NCBI RefSeq assembly: GCF_004010195.1
Contig: NC_057711.1
Coordinates: forward strand, 80,245,850-80,265,849
Direction: 5' to 3'
From: Chiloscyllium plagiosum
Lineage: Eukaryota
Length of the DNA: 20,000 nt
Position 1 is the stretch's first letter. Each line of letters opens with the position of its first letter. The position numbers were made by a program, and so were the translations under genes. The notes under the pieces are model-generated. The model was not told the origin of the DNA, searched no databases, and saw only the letters and a program-made list of their open reading frames with translations. Shown here piece after piece: positions 7,949 through 18,392 of this stretch.

Positions 7949-10604
7949 GATAGCAAGCTCCAATTGACTATTCCCACAGATAATAATTTCCAATAAAATT
8001 TCACACACTTATTCACCTAGATTTCTACCAATTGAGTTTACAGGTCTACATTCCAGGTCGGCTACATGTCTATATTTTCCAATCATATTCAAGCTAATAG
8101 ATGTTATTATACTACCTAATCATATCTTAACATGTTTATGCGTAGCTGTAAATACATCTTGTAACTGTTAGTACGTACTTGTGATTATCAAAACAATCTG
8201 CACTGCCTATTTTTCTCTCTGTCAATCGTGTCCTTGACCAATTGAAGCCTTTTGTAGGCAGGTATGTTATTAGAGGATTTTCCTAGTTGTGAAGGAAGAT
8301 GAGTATACCGGTGGTGTGTGCGCGGGTGAGGTCTGTATGTCCCTTTTTGTTCAAAATGTGAACCATGTGGATATGTAAGAGGCAGTCTCACTGTGTTGCT
8401 TTTCATCCAAGATGAATAGGTGAAAGAAGCAATTGAGCAGAATGAACCATTTGATGGAAATATCATCACCCAACATTTTGTTTGTCAAACCTATACAGTG
8501 GCAAACTTATCATTGTAGGATTAGTCATATAATTATAAAGGATTAAGTAGAGTTTGACATTTAATCCTGGCAGATTGCAAGAGATCATTCAGCCCCTTGC
8601 AGTATTGAACCTGTCACACCACTACATTACTTGTGATTGCCTAAGCCATCTCCATCCACACTGCCATTGTCAGGCTGGATGGACTCTTGTCCTTGTGTGA
8701 ACACGCACCCACACACACCCTGCAGAATCAAATTTATGAAGCAGTCACTAAATTTTGGCATTGTCTTCTGTCTCTGTTCTATCATCTCTAGAGTTGGGTG
8801 GATGTCAAGATGCTAGAATATTCTGCTTCCCAGTGACTGAACAGCTGTTCAGGTATTTTCTTTCAATATGGCACTGGAAAGTATCTACAGTGGCCAGACC
8901 TCCTGCCTGCCCACCAGTAAATGCTGCCATTCTACCCTGTTTGAATATGGCACAAGCTTTAAAGAACATAATCAGCTAAGAAACATAACCCAGACATTTC
9001 TCTGCTTTTCAGATCCACCGTGAGACTTAGCCTCAGAAGAAAATCGTCTACTCATTCTGGTCCATTGAGTAAACAATGATGTTACAATCTGTGCAGGTCA
9101 TTGATCCTGGCACTGCCTACTCTAGTAAATCTGCTAAAAGTGATGCTATGCAAATGGGCTACTTCACCAAATGTACTTCTGGTAAAAGAAAGAATTGAGT
9201 AACGTAGCAATATAGAAAACAAGCAAATTTGATAGCCTCGGGAAAGGAATGTTTTTGTTGGTGCAAATTAGCTATAATTTGGATTATTTTATCATGCTAT
9301 CCTTCAAATTTATAAACTGCAGAATGTCATTATTAGAATAAAGAAACAAGTGGAAGATCAAAAGTGTATAACCAATGTGATTAGTATGAACTAATCAGAT
9401 CTTTAAAAAGCCAAAAAATTGTCTTCTGAATATTCATGAAGGCAATGTATTTTAATTTCAATATGCATGTTACATTTTTCTCCTCCAAGTTGGGATCTAT
9501 ATGGATGTTGTCAATGCTGTTAATTAGGTATAGGTTAATAATCTCTTTTGGGAGGTAAAAAACACCTTAATATCATTTCATTCATATCACAGCTGCCAGT
9601 TCTGACCGCAACAACTTCTTTTGTAATAAACATTATTGTAGTTTTTCCTTAACAGAATTTATGATTTGATGAGATTAGGCAAACACCATTGATCACAAAG
9701 ATTTTTTGTTTGTTGTATATCTTGTTCTTTATCCTCGCTTTTAATCTAGAAGTTCATCTTCATTTTTTGAAATGTGCAACTGCTAGTAATTCCAATCTAT
9801 ATTTGCTTTCTTTCCACAGGTGCTGGATTGTATTTTACAAGTCTCCCAATTCTGGGTTGATCAGTCTTTGAGGATTTGTGTGCGACTGAAGGAATGATGT
9901 TTTTCCATATTCACAGGACTTTTTCTACTCGCTTTGTTTTTACTTGCAATTTGTATAATAGTAACATGAGTGGAATGAATCTGTCCTGCCTGCAATATGA
10001 ATAAGGGATGTTTATTGGATAGGGGCTAAAAAAAAATTCAATTTCTCGATGGCATGTTCAAGTTTTGTTACAAAGTTCTCTGAATCTTTTAGGCAGCTCA
10101 GTATTCCTGATCTTGATGGTTGGGAACATTTTTTTGCTAACATTCATTAGCATTCCATGAATACTCATTAACAGCACAGCTGACTGAAATTATGCTTGCA
10201 AAAACAATCTAGTCAGACAGTAAAAATGTGAGATGCGTGTTTACAAATCTGACCATACACACAGGTCATATCCGGTGGAGTAAGCTTCTTCTTCTAAGCT
10301 CTGATGAAACAAACTTCACTAAGTTGGTTCTTTGTAACCAAGCTGTTTCTTTGTGCAAACACAGAGTGGTGGTGCAACCTGGCCAGGTCAACTAGCTCAG
10401 GAGAAATCTCAGACATTTGTGATTTTGCTTGTTTTTCTTAGCAATTTACAGATTAAGGGATGAAGCCTGATCAGGTCGACAGGTCTGTCTAGATCAGGCA
10501 GACGCATTGGTCGACAGCAGCAAATTTGAATGATGGAAGCAACTTAAAAGGAGGCTTCCATCAAAAGAAGGCTGAACTCTAAACAGGTCTCAATATAAAA
10601 GGAT

Positions 10605-11707
10605 CAATATCACAGATGCAAGTCTTCAACCAATTTGATTCACTCCCTGTGATATTAAGAAGCAGCTGAAGACCCTTGATACTGTGAAGGCTATGGGTCC
10701 TGATAACATTCTGGTGATAGTACTGAAGACTTGTGCTCCAGAACTACCTGCATCCCTAACCAAGCATTTCCAATAACAGTGACAATATTGACATTTACCT
10801 GGCAATGTGAAAAATTGCCCAAGTATTCCAGTGCACAAAAAGCATGAAATATTAGACCCAAATAATTACCACCGAATCAGTTTACGTTTGAGCACCGGCA
10901 AAATTATGTTTGATATAATTGATAGTGCTATCAAATGACAATTGCCCGAAACATCGATTTTCCTGTTCCTCGGATGCTGCCTGACCTGCTGTGCTTTTCC
11001 AGCACCACTCTAATCTTGACTTTCAAAGGAATAACCTGTTCACTGATGCTGGATTTAGCTTTGTCTATGTCCTGATTTTAGTATCAATATTTCAATATCA
11101 CATTGACAGGAATCTGATGTGGACCAATTGTATAAATACTTGCCTACAAGAGCATGCCATTGGTTGTGAATTTTCAGCGAGTAATTTATCACATAACTCT
11201 CGAAAGCCCATCTATTACCTACAAGACATAGATCAGGTGTGTGATGGAATATTCTCAAATTGTCTGGATGAGGGCAACTCCAATAAATTTCAAGTTTGAC
11301 ACCATCCAAGGTAAGGTAGGCCACATGATTGATATCCCATTCCACACATTTTATGATGTCACCACCAATGCATATTGACAGCAATAATCTACAAAATACA
11401 CTGCAACAACTCACCGAGGCTCCTTTGAGAGCACTTTTAAAATCTATGACATCTACCAAGGCAGCAGATGCATGGGAACATCACCACCTGCAAATTCTCC
11501 TCCCAGCTCCACATTATCCCTGTTCCTTCACTGTTGCTGGATCAAAATTGTGAAACTCGCTAATAGCTCACTGGGTGTCATGCACCCCAAGGACTGCAGC
11601 AGTTCAAGATGGCAGCACAGCACCACCTTCTCCAGGGCCATTCAGGTGGGTAATAACTGCCAGCCGAGCTCCAATGTCTACATTCCACAAATGAAGTGTT
11701 TTAAAAA
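10605..11707 (+). mobile_element. Old CR1/L2-group LINE fragment (internally deleted RT to 3' end)
   Basis: Plus translation ITDASLQPI*FTPCDIKKQLKTLDTVKAMGPDNILVIVLKTCAPELPASLTKHFQ...KIAQV.PVHKK...PNNYHRISL (RT N-terminus). Later decayed C-terminal motifs, and a 3' end CTACATTCCACAAATGAAGTGTTTTAAAAA. Confidence 0.82.
10942..11021 (+). mobile_element. Solo PLE-1-family pLTR fragment with truncated hammerhead, inserted in the old LINE
   Basis: TTGCCCGAAACATCGATTTTCCTGTTCCTCGGATGCTGCCTGACCTGCTGTGCTTTTCCAGCACCACTCTAATCTTGACT matches the reverse complement of ~1120-1199. The CUGAUGA half is absent. Confidence 0.88.
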
Positions 11708-11718
11708 TGCATTCAGCA

Positions 11719-12010
11719 AAGCTCTAATTGAGCAAAAAATTGACCTTCTGAAGATCTGTTTCTGTTGCCTGGAACACTGAGGAGGAGCACCCCAGTACTC
11801 ACCAGACAGGATGTCCAGTTAATGATTGTGCAAGAAACAATGAACAATCTAGCTTTTATTACATGATGAAAATTTAGATGAAGATGGACTACCTACTTGT
11901 CTCCTCCAATGAGGAAGAAAGAAAGTCTGACAGAGATAATGAGGGAGTCAACACTGATGATGAGGATGATGAAGTCAAGGCAGTGCTGATGCAAGATAGA
12001 TATTTCCCAA
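11719..12010 (+). pseudogene. PIF/Harbinger (HARBI1-like, DDE_Tnp_4) transposase C-terminal relic
   Basis: Plus frame KALIEQKIDLLKICFCCLEH*GGAPQYSPDRMS resembles the Harbinger catalytic-Glu motif (RxxIEQTIGLLKxRFRCLDRSGGALQYSPERV, recalled consensus). Followed by an acidic tail SSNEEERKSDRDNEGVNTDDEDDEVK. Confidence 0.7.
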
Positions 12011-12355
12011 AGAAAATACTGTTACCTTGTTACTCATTACTATTCTGACCCATAAAAAATTACAGTTTAGTCATCAACAAAAAAAATCTTAGCACAATGC
12101 ATTACAGTTTCTCAAAGAAATGATTAGAATTTACATCATGCATCTATAAAAAAGTCAATGCAAAAAAGCTATGATTTTATGAAAGAAAAATTGCTCTTCC
12201 AATAGATCAGTGTTAATTGCTGCTGAATAATTTCAGATTGTTCGCTTCTTTCCAATTATTTTCTAAACATTTTTATGTTAAAGCAGAAAAAACCTCAATA
12301 TTTATTAGTTTCGATGTAGCCAACTACCAAAAGCACTGGAATAACTTTGGCACTG

Positions 12356-12450
12356 CTTTCCTGAAGAAGGGCTTATGCCCGAAACGTTGATTCTCCTGTT
12401 CCCTGGATGCTGCCTGACCTGCTGCGCTTTTCCAGCAACACATTTTCAGC
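12356..12450 (+). mobile_element. 95-bp solo PLE pLTR micro-insertion containing a complete minimal hammerhead core
   Basis: CTGAAGA-A-GGGC-TTAT-GCCC-GAAA-C-GTT^GATT (12361-12392), followed by pLTR sequence homologous to the reverse complement of ~1137-1185. Flanks TTGGCACTG (12347-12355) and TTGGTACTG (12451-12459). Confidence 0.88.
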
Positions 12451-13763
12451 TTGGTACTGTATCAGCCTATCCAAAAATTGTGTATATCAGACAAATTACT
12501 TTTGTATTCCTGCAGTGACAGGATTTCAACTCACATTCTTTGCATTTGTCTGTCCCTCTATTATTAATCCAGTAAGATAAAAAAAACCACAAAACTGTAA
12601 ATTACTTGGTTTTATAAGAAAGCATTTCTGCAGAAATCAAGTTGAAAGTCAATGTTCAATGAATAATTTGTGGGGAGCATGTTTCTCAGTTAAGGTTTAA
12701 TGGTAATATTCAGGGAAATCTCTGCAGCAATATTCCCTTATATCACTTTGAAGTCTGTGGACAATTCATATCCAAATATAAATTGCAAACAGCATTTGTG
12801 GAAAAATTGTTGAAAATTTGTGGGTAACCACATTTTTATAGTTTCACAAAAGCTCTGTGAGCAGTCACTCAATGAGGAATAAATCACACTATTCAGTAAT
12901 TATATGTTTATACTAGCTATATGCCCAGGATTTGCTTATTCAGTATCAGACATTAGTGGATGTGGAATTAACTGTACACCATAATGTAGAAGACAGTTCA
13001 ACCAGACATAGCTGAGTTGCATAGGTTTAGCCAAACAGAGGCTGAGTGGAAATTGAGGTCAAATATTTGGTTCTAAAGGAATCAATATAGAAACCACAGA
13101 AGAAATGGAAATGTCACATTAAGTGTCATGTATTGCTGCGCTCTATACTTAAGAGCCTTTTCTAAGGTTTGCAGCACTTGGAATCAGTTTTCAGCCCTGA
13201 AACATTATTTCCATTTGGTGCCATGAGAAATGGAGACTTTACAGATGCTTCACCTCACATACTCAAGTTAGTATTCATGCAAATTTACTAGCACATACAA
13301 TTTTTCAGGTTGTCCCACTGATACTCATAGTCAACACTAAAAAAAAACAACACAGTTTCTGACAAGCTATAAAACATTGCCAAATAATCCATGTTTCATT
13401 GCCAAATTGATTAGAGAACTATGTACTCTTAATTGTACTCAGGGACACTTTGGCAAAGTGCATTCTCACCTAAAATTTAGGAAGGAAATGCTGGAATCTA
13501 TTATTTGGAAGGCATTATGAAAATAATAATATGATTAGCAAGAGTTAGTGTGGAAAGGGAAATTCAGTTTGACAAATCAGTTAGATTTTCCTGAAGTTGT
13601 AAGTAATAAGATAAGGTAAGGAGAAGCCAGAACATACATTGTACTTGATTTTCAAAAGGTTTTTGATAAGTTATTACATAAAGGACAGAAACCAAAATTC
13701 GAGCTCTGATTGGGGATAATATACATGAATTACGGATAAACAGGAAACGGAGTAACAATAATT

Positions 13764-14092
13764 CATTGAATCCGTACTGTGCAGAACCAGGCCCTTTGGC
13801 CTAACAAGTCCATACAGACCCTACAAAGAGTAACCTACCCAGACCCATTCCCTACATTTACCTCAGACTAATGCACACAACCTACAAATCCTGAAGACTA
13901 TGGACGATTTAGCATGGCCAATTCACCTAACCTGCACATCTTTGGACCATGGGAGGAAACCAGAGCACCTGAAGGAAATCCACACAGATACGGGGAGAAT
14001 TTGCAAACTCCACACAGACAGTTACCCAACGCTGGAATCGAACCCAGGTTCCGTGTGGCAGCAGTGCTAACCACTGAGCCGCCGTGCTGCCA
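13764..14092 (-). mobile_element. HE1-like V-SINE, near full length, with 7-bp TSD
   Basis: Minus strand starts GGCAGCACGGCGGCTCAGTGGTTAGCACTG; B box GGTTCGATTCC; same core as the other copies. AATAATT occurs at 13757-13763 and 14093-14099. Confidence 0.9.
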
Positions 14093-14181
14093 AATAATTT
14101 TTAGTTTGACAGACTAAACCAGCAAGTGTACCACAAAGGTCAGTGCTTACACCTCAACTACTTGCTATCTAAAAGCTAAAT

Positions 14182-14418
14182 GGGGTCAGTTAGCTCAGTT
14201 GGCTGGATGGCTGCTTTGCATATGGAAAGCAATGTCAATAATGTGAGTTGAATTCTTGCATCAGCTTAGGTTACCATGAAGGACTCTCTTTCTCAACCTC
14301 TTCCCTTGCATTTGGTATGGTGATCCTCAGGTTAAACCATAACCAGTCACCTCTGTCTAATGAGAGAGGAGCTTATGATCTGGTAGGTTAAGGGTGACTT
14401 TGCACTTTGCCTTTTACT
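14182..14418 (+). mobile_element. Second, unrelated tRNA-derived SINE (family not assigned)
   Basis: Starts GGGGTCAGTTAGCTCAGTTGG (A box 14191-14202), degenerate B box GAGTTGAATTC (14245-14255), body lacks the V-domain, ends in an (RCTTT)-like tail. Interrupts the collinear CR1 RT. Confidence 0.65.
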
Positions 14419-14717
14419 TGCTGTCTTTTTCATGAGCATAAAGGAAGTAAGTGCGATGGATCCAAGTGTGTTTATAAAACAAAACTCGGGAGGTGAAGTA
14501 ATCAGCACAGAGGACACAAAGAGATTGACAAAATACACAGCGAGGTCACATTAATGGACAAGGATGTGCTAGATTGTGCATAATCCACAAAAATGCGAAG
14601 TTATCAAAATTGATCGAAAAATAGTAGAGTTTATTTTGAGTGGTAAGGGAGTAGGAAATGTTTGAAAAATGACAGAAATTTAACATTGAAGATTAAACAA
14701 AGCAGCATCATTGTATA

Positions 14718-14854
14718 TAAGGCTGCAGGCCAAGTCCTAGAAAATGGGATTAGAATAGATGGATGTTTGATGACTGGAATGGACAAGATGGGCCAGGCAT
14801 GGATATGATGGGCCAAAGGGCCTCTCTCCTTCGTGCAAATAATCTACAACTCTA
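14718..14854 (+). mobile_element. Short CR1 3'-UTR fragment inserted in the ancient CR1
   Basis: GGCCAAGTCCTAGAAAATGGGATTAGAATAGATGG...ATGGATATGATGGGCCAAAGGGCCTCT...ATCTACAACTCTAA parallels the CR1 3'UTR at 720-826. Confidence 0.65.
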
Positions 14855-15259
14855 AGTAGGAAAGGAAATGGTATCATCCCTTTTATTATGAAAAGACTAC
14901 AAAGTAATTTTTTAAATCAGCTTGCAATTATCCACCTTGCTTAGACCATGCCAAGAATTGTGTGTACAGTTTTGGTCTCTTTATTTCCAGAAGGTTGTTA
15001 TTTCTTTTGTGAATTGTGAAAAAAGGTTTCCTAAACTGATTCCTGGGAAGGGATAAGGATGACATGGGGGAGTACACGGTGTGGGCTATGGACTCTCGTA
15101 TCCTACATAGAGGGATTAAGTAGACTGAGCCTTACAGTTTTGAGAAATGAGATGTGATCTCATTGAAACATATAAATTTCTCTCATCAGAATTGATGCAT
15201 GTTTCACTTGGTTTGACAGTCAGGGTTAGGGTTGTGGTTGGGTTTAAGGTTAGGTTATG

Positions 15260-15443
15260 GGCAGAGAAAAGATCCTCCATATCCTGTAGACAGCACTGAT
15301 CCAGGAGATGACCTTGGAAGAGGCTGGCAGCATTTGGTGGCATGGCCTCCTCTACCTGTTGTCCCCTGAGGACAACTCTCATCTGGACTATCCACCAGGT
15401 CCCTATTAAAGAATCATGCCACCATCTTCTCCTTCTTTGACAT
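15260..15443 (-). pseudogene. Myb/SANT-like (Harbinger ORF2-type) DNA-binding gene relic
   Basis: Minus from ATG 15443: MSKKEKMVA*FFNRDL.VD..., then after frameshifts RVVL, RRPCHQMLPASSKVISWISAVYR and DLFSA. This resembles the trihelix Myb_DNA-bind_5 pattern (K..PRFSDxDL..LV...W.EVA..VSA...NDL) recalled for Harbinger partners. Confidence 0.55.
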
Positions 15444-15908
15444 GTTCCGATTCTGTCATTAAGCCCGCCAACTTCACAATGTCAATGCTTGTGCAGGGAC
15501 ACAATAGTCTTTTAAAGACCCTTATGGGCACAAGAGATAGTGGTCTTTTAAATGGATATCCACTGAGTGGTGAGTTGCATTGGAGATGGCACGTGGCAAG
15601 ATATGGATAGGTGCATCATTGGGGCAGGGTAAGTATGAAGTGAGGAAAATTTGTTAAGATACAGCAAAAACCCATTGGTCTTGCAGTGACAAGCCTTTCA
15701 ACAAACTTAATGTAACTCTGACTTCATCAAAAAAAAAGGTCAGCACAGAGTACATTAAAAATGGAATTTGGTAGATTTTTGGATATGAAAAGAAGAAATA
15801 TGAAGATAGTATTGTAGAAAGGCAGAGTTGGCACAGAAAACAAGCCAGGGTTCTGAATTATCTACTGTTGTTCTCATTTCTCATGTTCCAATAATCTTAT
15901 ATTCTTAA

Positions 15909-15964
15909 AGTCCAACAGGTTTTTGTATGATTTTTAACTTTGTACAACATCAGCATCTCCAAAT
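15909..15964. mobile_element. Tiny PLE-2-family pLTR remnant made of two oppositely oriented pieces
   Basis: 15909-15922 AGTCCAACAGGTTT matches 5135-5148 directly. 15924-15964 TGTATGATTTTTAACTTTGTAC...CATCTCCAAAT matches the reverse complement of 5071-5122 with a gap. Confidence 0.55.
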
Positions 15965-16895
15965 TATTACGACATTGTGCTTTGTGTGCGTTACCAGCTA
16001 TTAAACTCAAGTAACAAGCACACTTCAAGTTTAAAATCTGTCACCAGCCATGCTAGATCAAGCAAATGATTTTTTAAAAGGAGTTAACACTTTGGGAAAT
16101 GTGCATTTCCCAGTATAAAGAGAATTTCACTGAAATATTAGTCTCTGGACATACGATATTTTGCATTGAATGCCATTTCCAATGTGGATACCTTTGGAGC
16201 AGTATTTTTAAAGTAAGATTTTGTTCAGCTTTCTCTCACAGAAAATTGTAAGTGGAGCATGCCATGTCAAGATGTTTATATCTCAGATCTACTGTAATGT
16301 GATAGATTGGATTATCACAATTGAATTGTCTATTTGACAGCTTGAAATAAAAGTGTGTTGGAGAATTTCAAAGCAGTTTGATGGAATAGTTCCAATACAT
16401 GCTTAGCACGACTCTTCATTAACTCAAAGGCATGTAGGTGATTTACATTCTGTGTTTCCCTTTAACAGCAAATTGTTCAAAAATTGAAAATAGTTTTGCT
16501 TAATTGTGTTGAGATGATAATTTACTCATCTTTTTAGATCACTCTAAACATTATCCTTGACAAGTTGTACTAACCTTTAAAACACAAACCAAATTATATT
16601 ATAACCATTGTATCATACTAATCATATGCCATTTATTTATCAGGTAGGGAGTGGAAATATTCCAATGTAATATAATAGGTTTTAACATTACCAAAATAGA
16701 AAATGTGACAAAATAGTCTCTGATTTGGTGTTAAATCATGAAAAGTATTGCACCCAAATAACTAAACAATTGACATAAATATGTCAGAATTGTCAGTATC
16801 CATGTTTTGGCACCATAGTGGTGGTGTGGCTTAAATGCAGTGCTGAAATTAGGCCTGGGTTTCAATTAAATAAAATGGACAAATTGTCACTACCT

Positions 16896-17469
16896 CATAG
16901 AGTCATAGAGTTATAGAGATGTACAGCATAGAAACAGACCCTTCGCTCCAACTCATCCATGCTGTCCAAATATCCTAAATTAATCCAGTCCCATTTACCA
17001 GCACTTACACTTTTCTCTTGAAATCCTTCCTATTCATATACCCATCCATATGCCTTTTAAGTGTTGTAAATGTACAAGCCTCCATCACTTCCATTGGCAG
17101 CTCATTCCATACACACACCACCCTTTGCATGAAAAAGTTTCCCCTCAGGTCCCTTTTAAATTTTTCCCTTCACACAGTAAACCTATGCCCTCTAGTTCTG
17201 GACTCCACCACTCCAGGAAAAATGCTTTGTCTATTTACCCTATCCATACCCCTCATGATTTTATAAACCTCTATGAGGTCACCCCTCAGTCTCCAACATT
17301 CCAAAGGAAAACAACCCCAGCCTATTCAGCTTCTCCCTAAAGCTCAATTCCTCCAGCAACATCCTTGTACACTTCAAGTTTCACAACATCCTTTCCATAG
17401 GAAGGAGACCAGAATTGCATGCAATATTCCAAAAGTGGCCCAACGAATGTCCTGTACAGCCGCAACATG
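16896..17469 (-). mobile_element. 5'-truncated CR1 LINE, same family as 1-826
   Basis: Starts with the tail CATAGAGTCATAGAGTTATAGAGATGTACAGCAT (reverse complement of the 801-826 tail). Aligns antisense to ~249-826 and ends at CCTGTACAGCCGCAACATG. Confidence 0.93.
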
Positions 17470-17750
17470 TGTGTCAGCAATTACCTTTTGGAGGCCTCTG
17501 GTGTTAGAAGAACTCCTGCTCCTCCTAGATTTATAGCAAAGTTTTTAATATGGCATTCAAAATGTATCTTTCATTAATGACTGCCACTTACACCACAGAG
17601 GATGCAGAAGAATACTGAGCAGATCGAACACTTATCCTATCCTTTGTCGTTAAATGTCAATGAGAGATCAGAAGATAAATTAGGCCACATATTTTCATAC
17701 AAATAAGATCAAAGTGCATTCTTTCAATGGCTACCAGAGATGCATGAAAA

Positions 17751-18024
17751 TCGTAGAATCATCACAGAATCCTTACAGTGCAAAGTAGACTATTCAGCCC
17801 ATCGAGTCTGCATCCCACCCAGACGTACACCCTGATCCCTGTGACCATCCATTACCATTAACCCACACATCAATGGACACCAGAGGGAAAATTAACAGAC
17901 CTAACCTGCACATCTTTGGACTGTGGGAGGAAACCAGAACACCTGCAGGAAACCCATGCACACACGGGTAGGATGTGCAAACTCCACACAGACAATCACC
18001 CAAGGCCAGAATCGAACCCTGGCA
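17751..18024 (-). mobile_element. HE1-like V-SINE, 5'-truncated, older copy with (ATTCTRYG)-type tail
   Basis: Core ACCTGCACATCTTTGGACTGTGGGAGGAAACC...TGCAAACTCCACACAGAC and B box (AGAATCGAACCC on +). A box missing. Tail on + reads CGTAGAATCATCACAGAATC. Confidence 0.85.
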
Positions 18025-18392
18025 CTGCTCTGACAAAATTTTGGATGGACAGTTTTATGGACAAACTTGGGACACAGGATTTGGCCTTGAATCTGAGCCT
18101 GATATTGCCTCAGTTGTCCCTTTTCCCAATCCCTACATCCACACATATCCTCTTCAGATCAATGTCAACACTTTACCACAAGTTTCTTCTCTTAGTGGTT
18201 ATTTCACCTTGAAGCATAGATATTTACTTTATTTATAAAACAGAAAAAAAAAGACACCAAATTTTCAAGGATGGCTTTGATTTCGTATTACTGATATCAA
18301 GGCAGTTGTCCTGTTCTCATGTGTCTGTGACCTATCCCTGCAAACATTGTTAGGGTCTCACACTTCGTTTTCGTTGCCTTGCTGTTTTTTTC

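Larger units (their letters stand above)
13545..15205 (+). mobile_element. Ancient, highly decayed CR1 RT fragment interrupted by younger insertions
   Basis: Collinear degenerate RT motifs: KGKFSLTN (~13553), LYLDFQK.FDK (~13640), SVPQRSVLTPQL (GVPQGSVLGP, ~14125), KLGG...TKRL (~14480), KCEVI (~14591), LRP...CVQFWS (~14940-14980), MRCDLIETYKFL (~15150-15182). Confidence 0.8.

Noticed and set aside
8188..8469. 93-aa minus-strand ORF in unique sequence
   Set aside because: No recognisable domain or coding-like composition, and it lies inside the putative 3'UTR-like region.
10299..10320. CTGATGAAAC resembling a hammerhead core
   Set aside because: No stem II between CUGAUGA and GAAA and no pLTR context; chance match.
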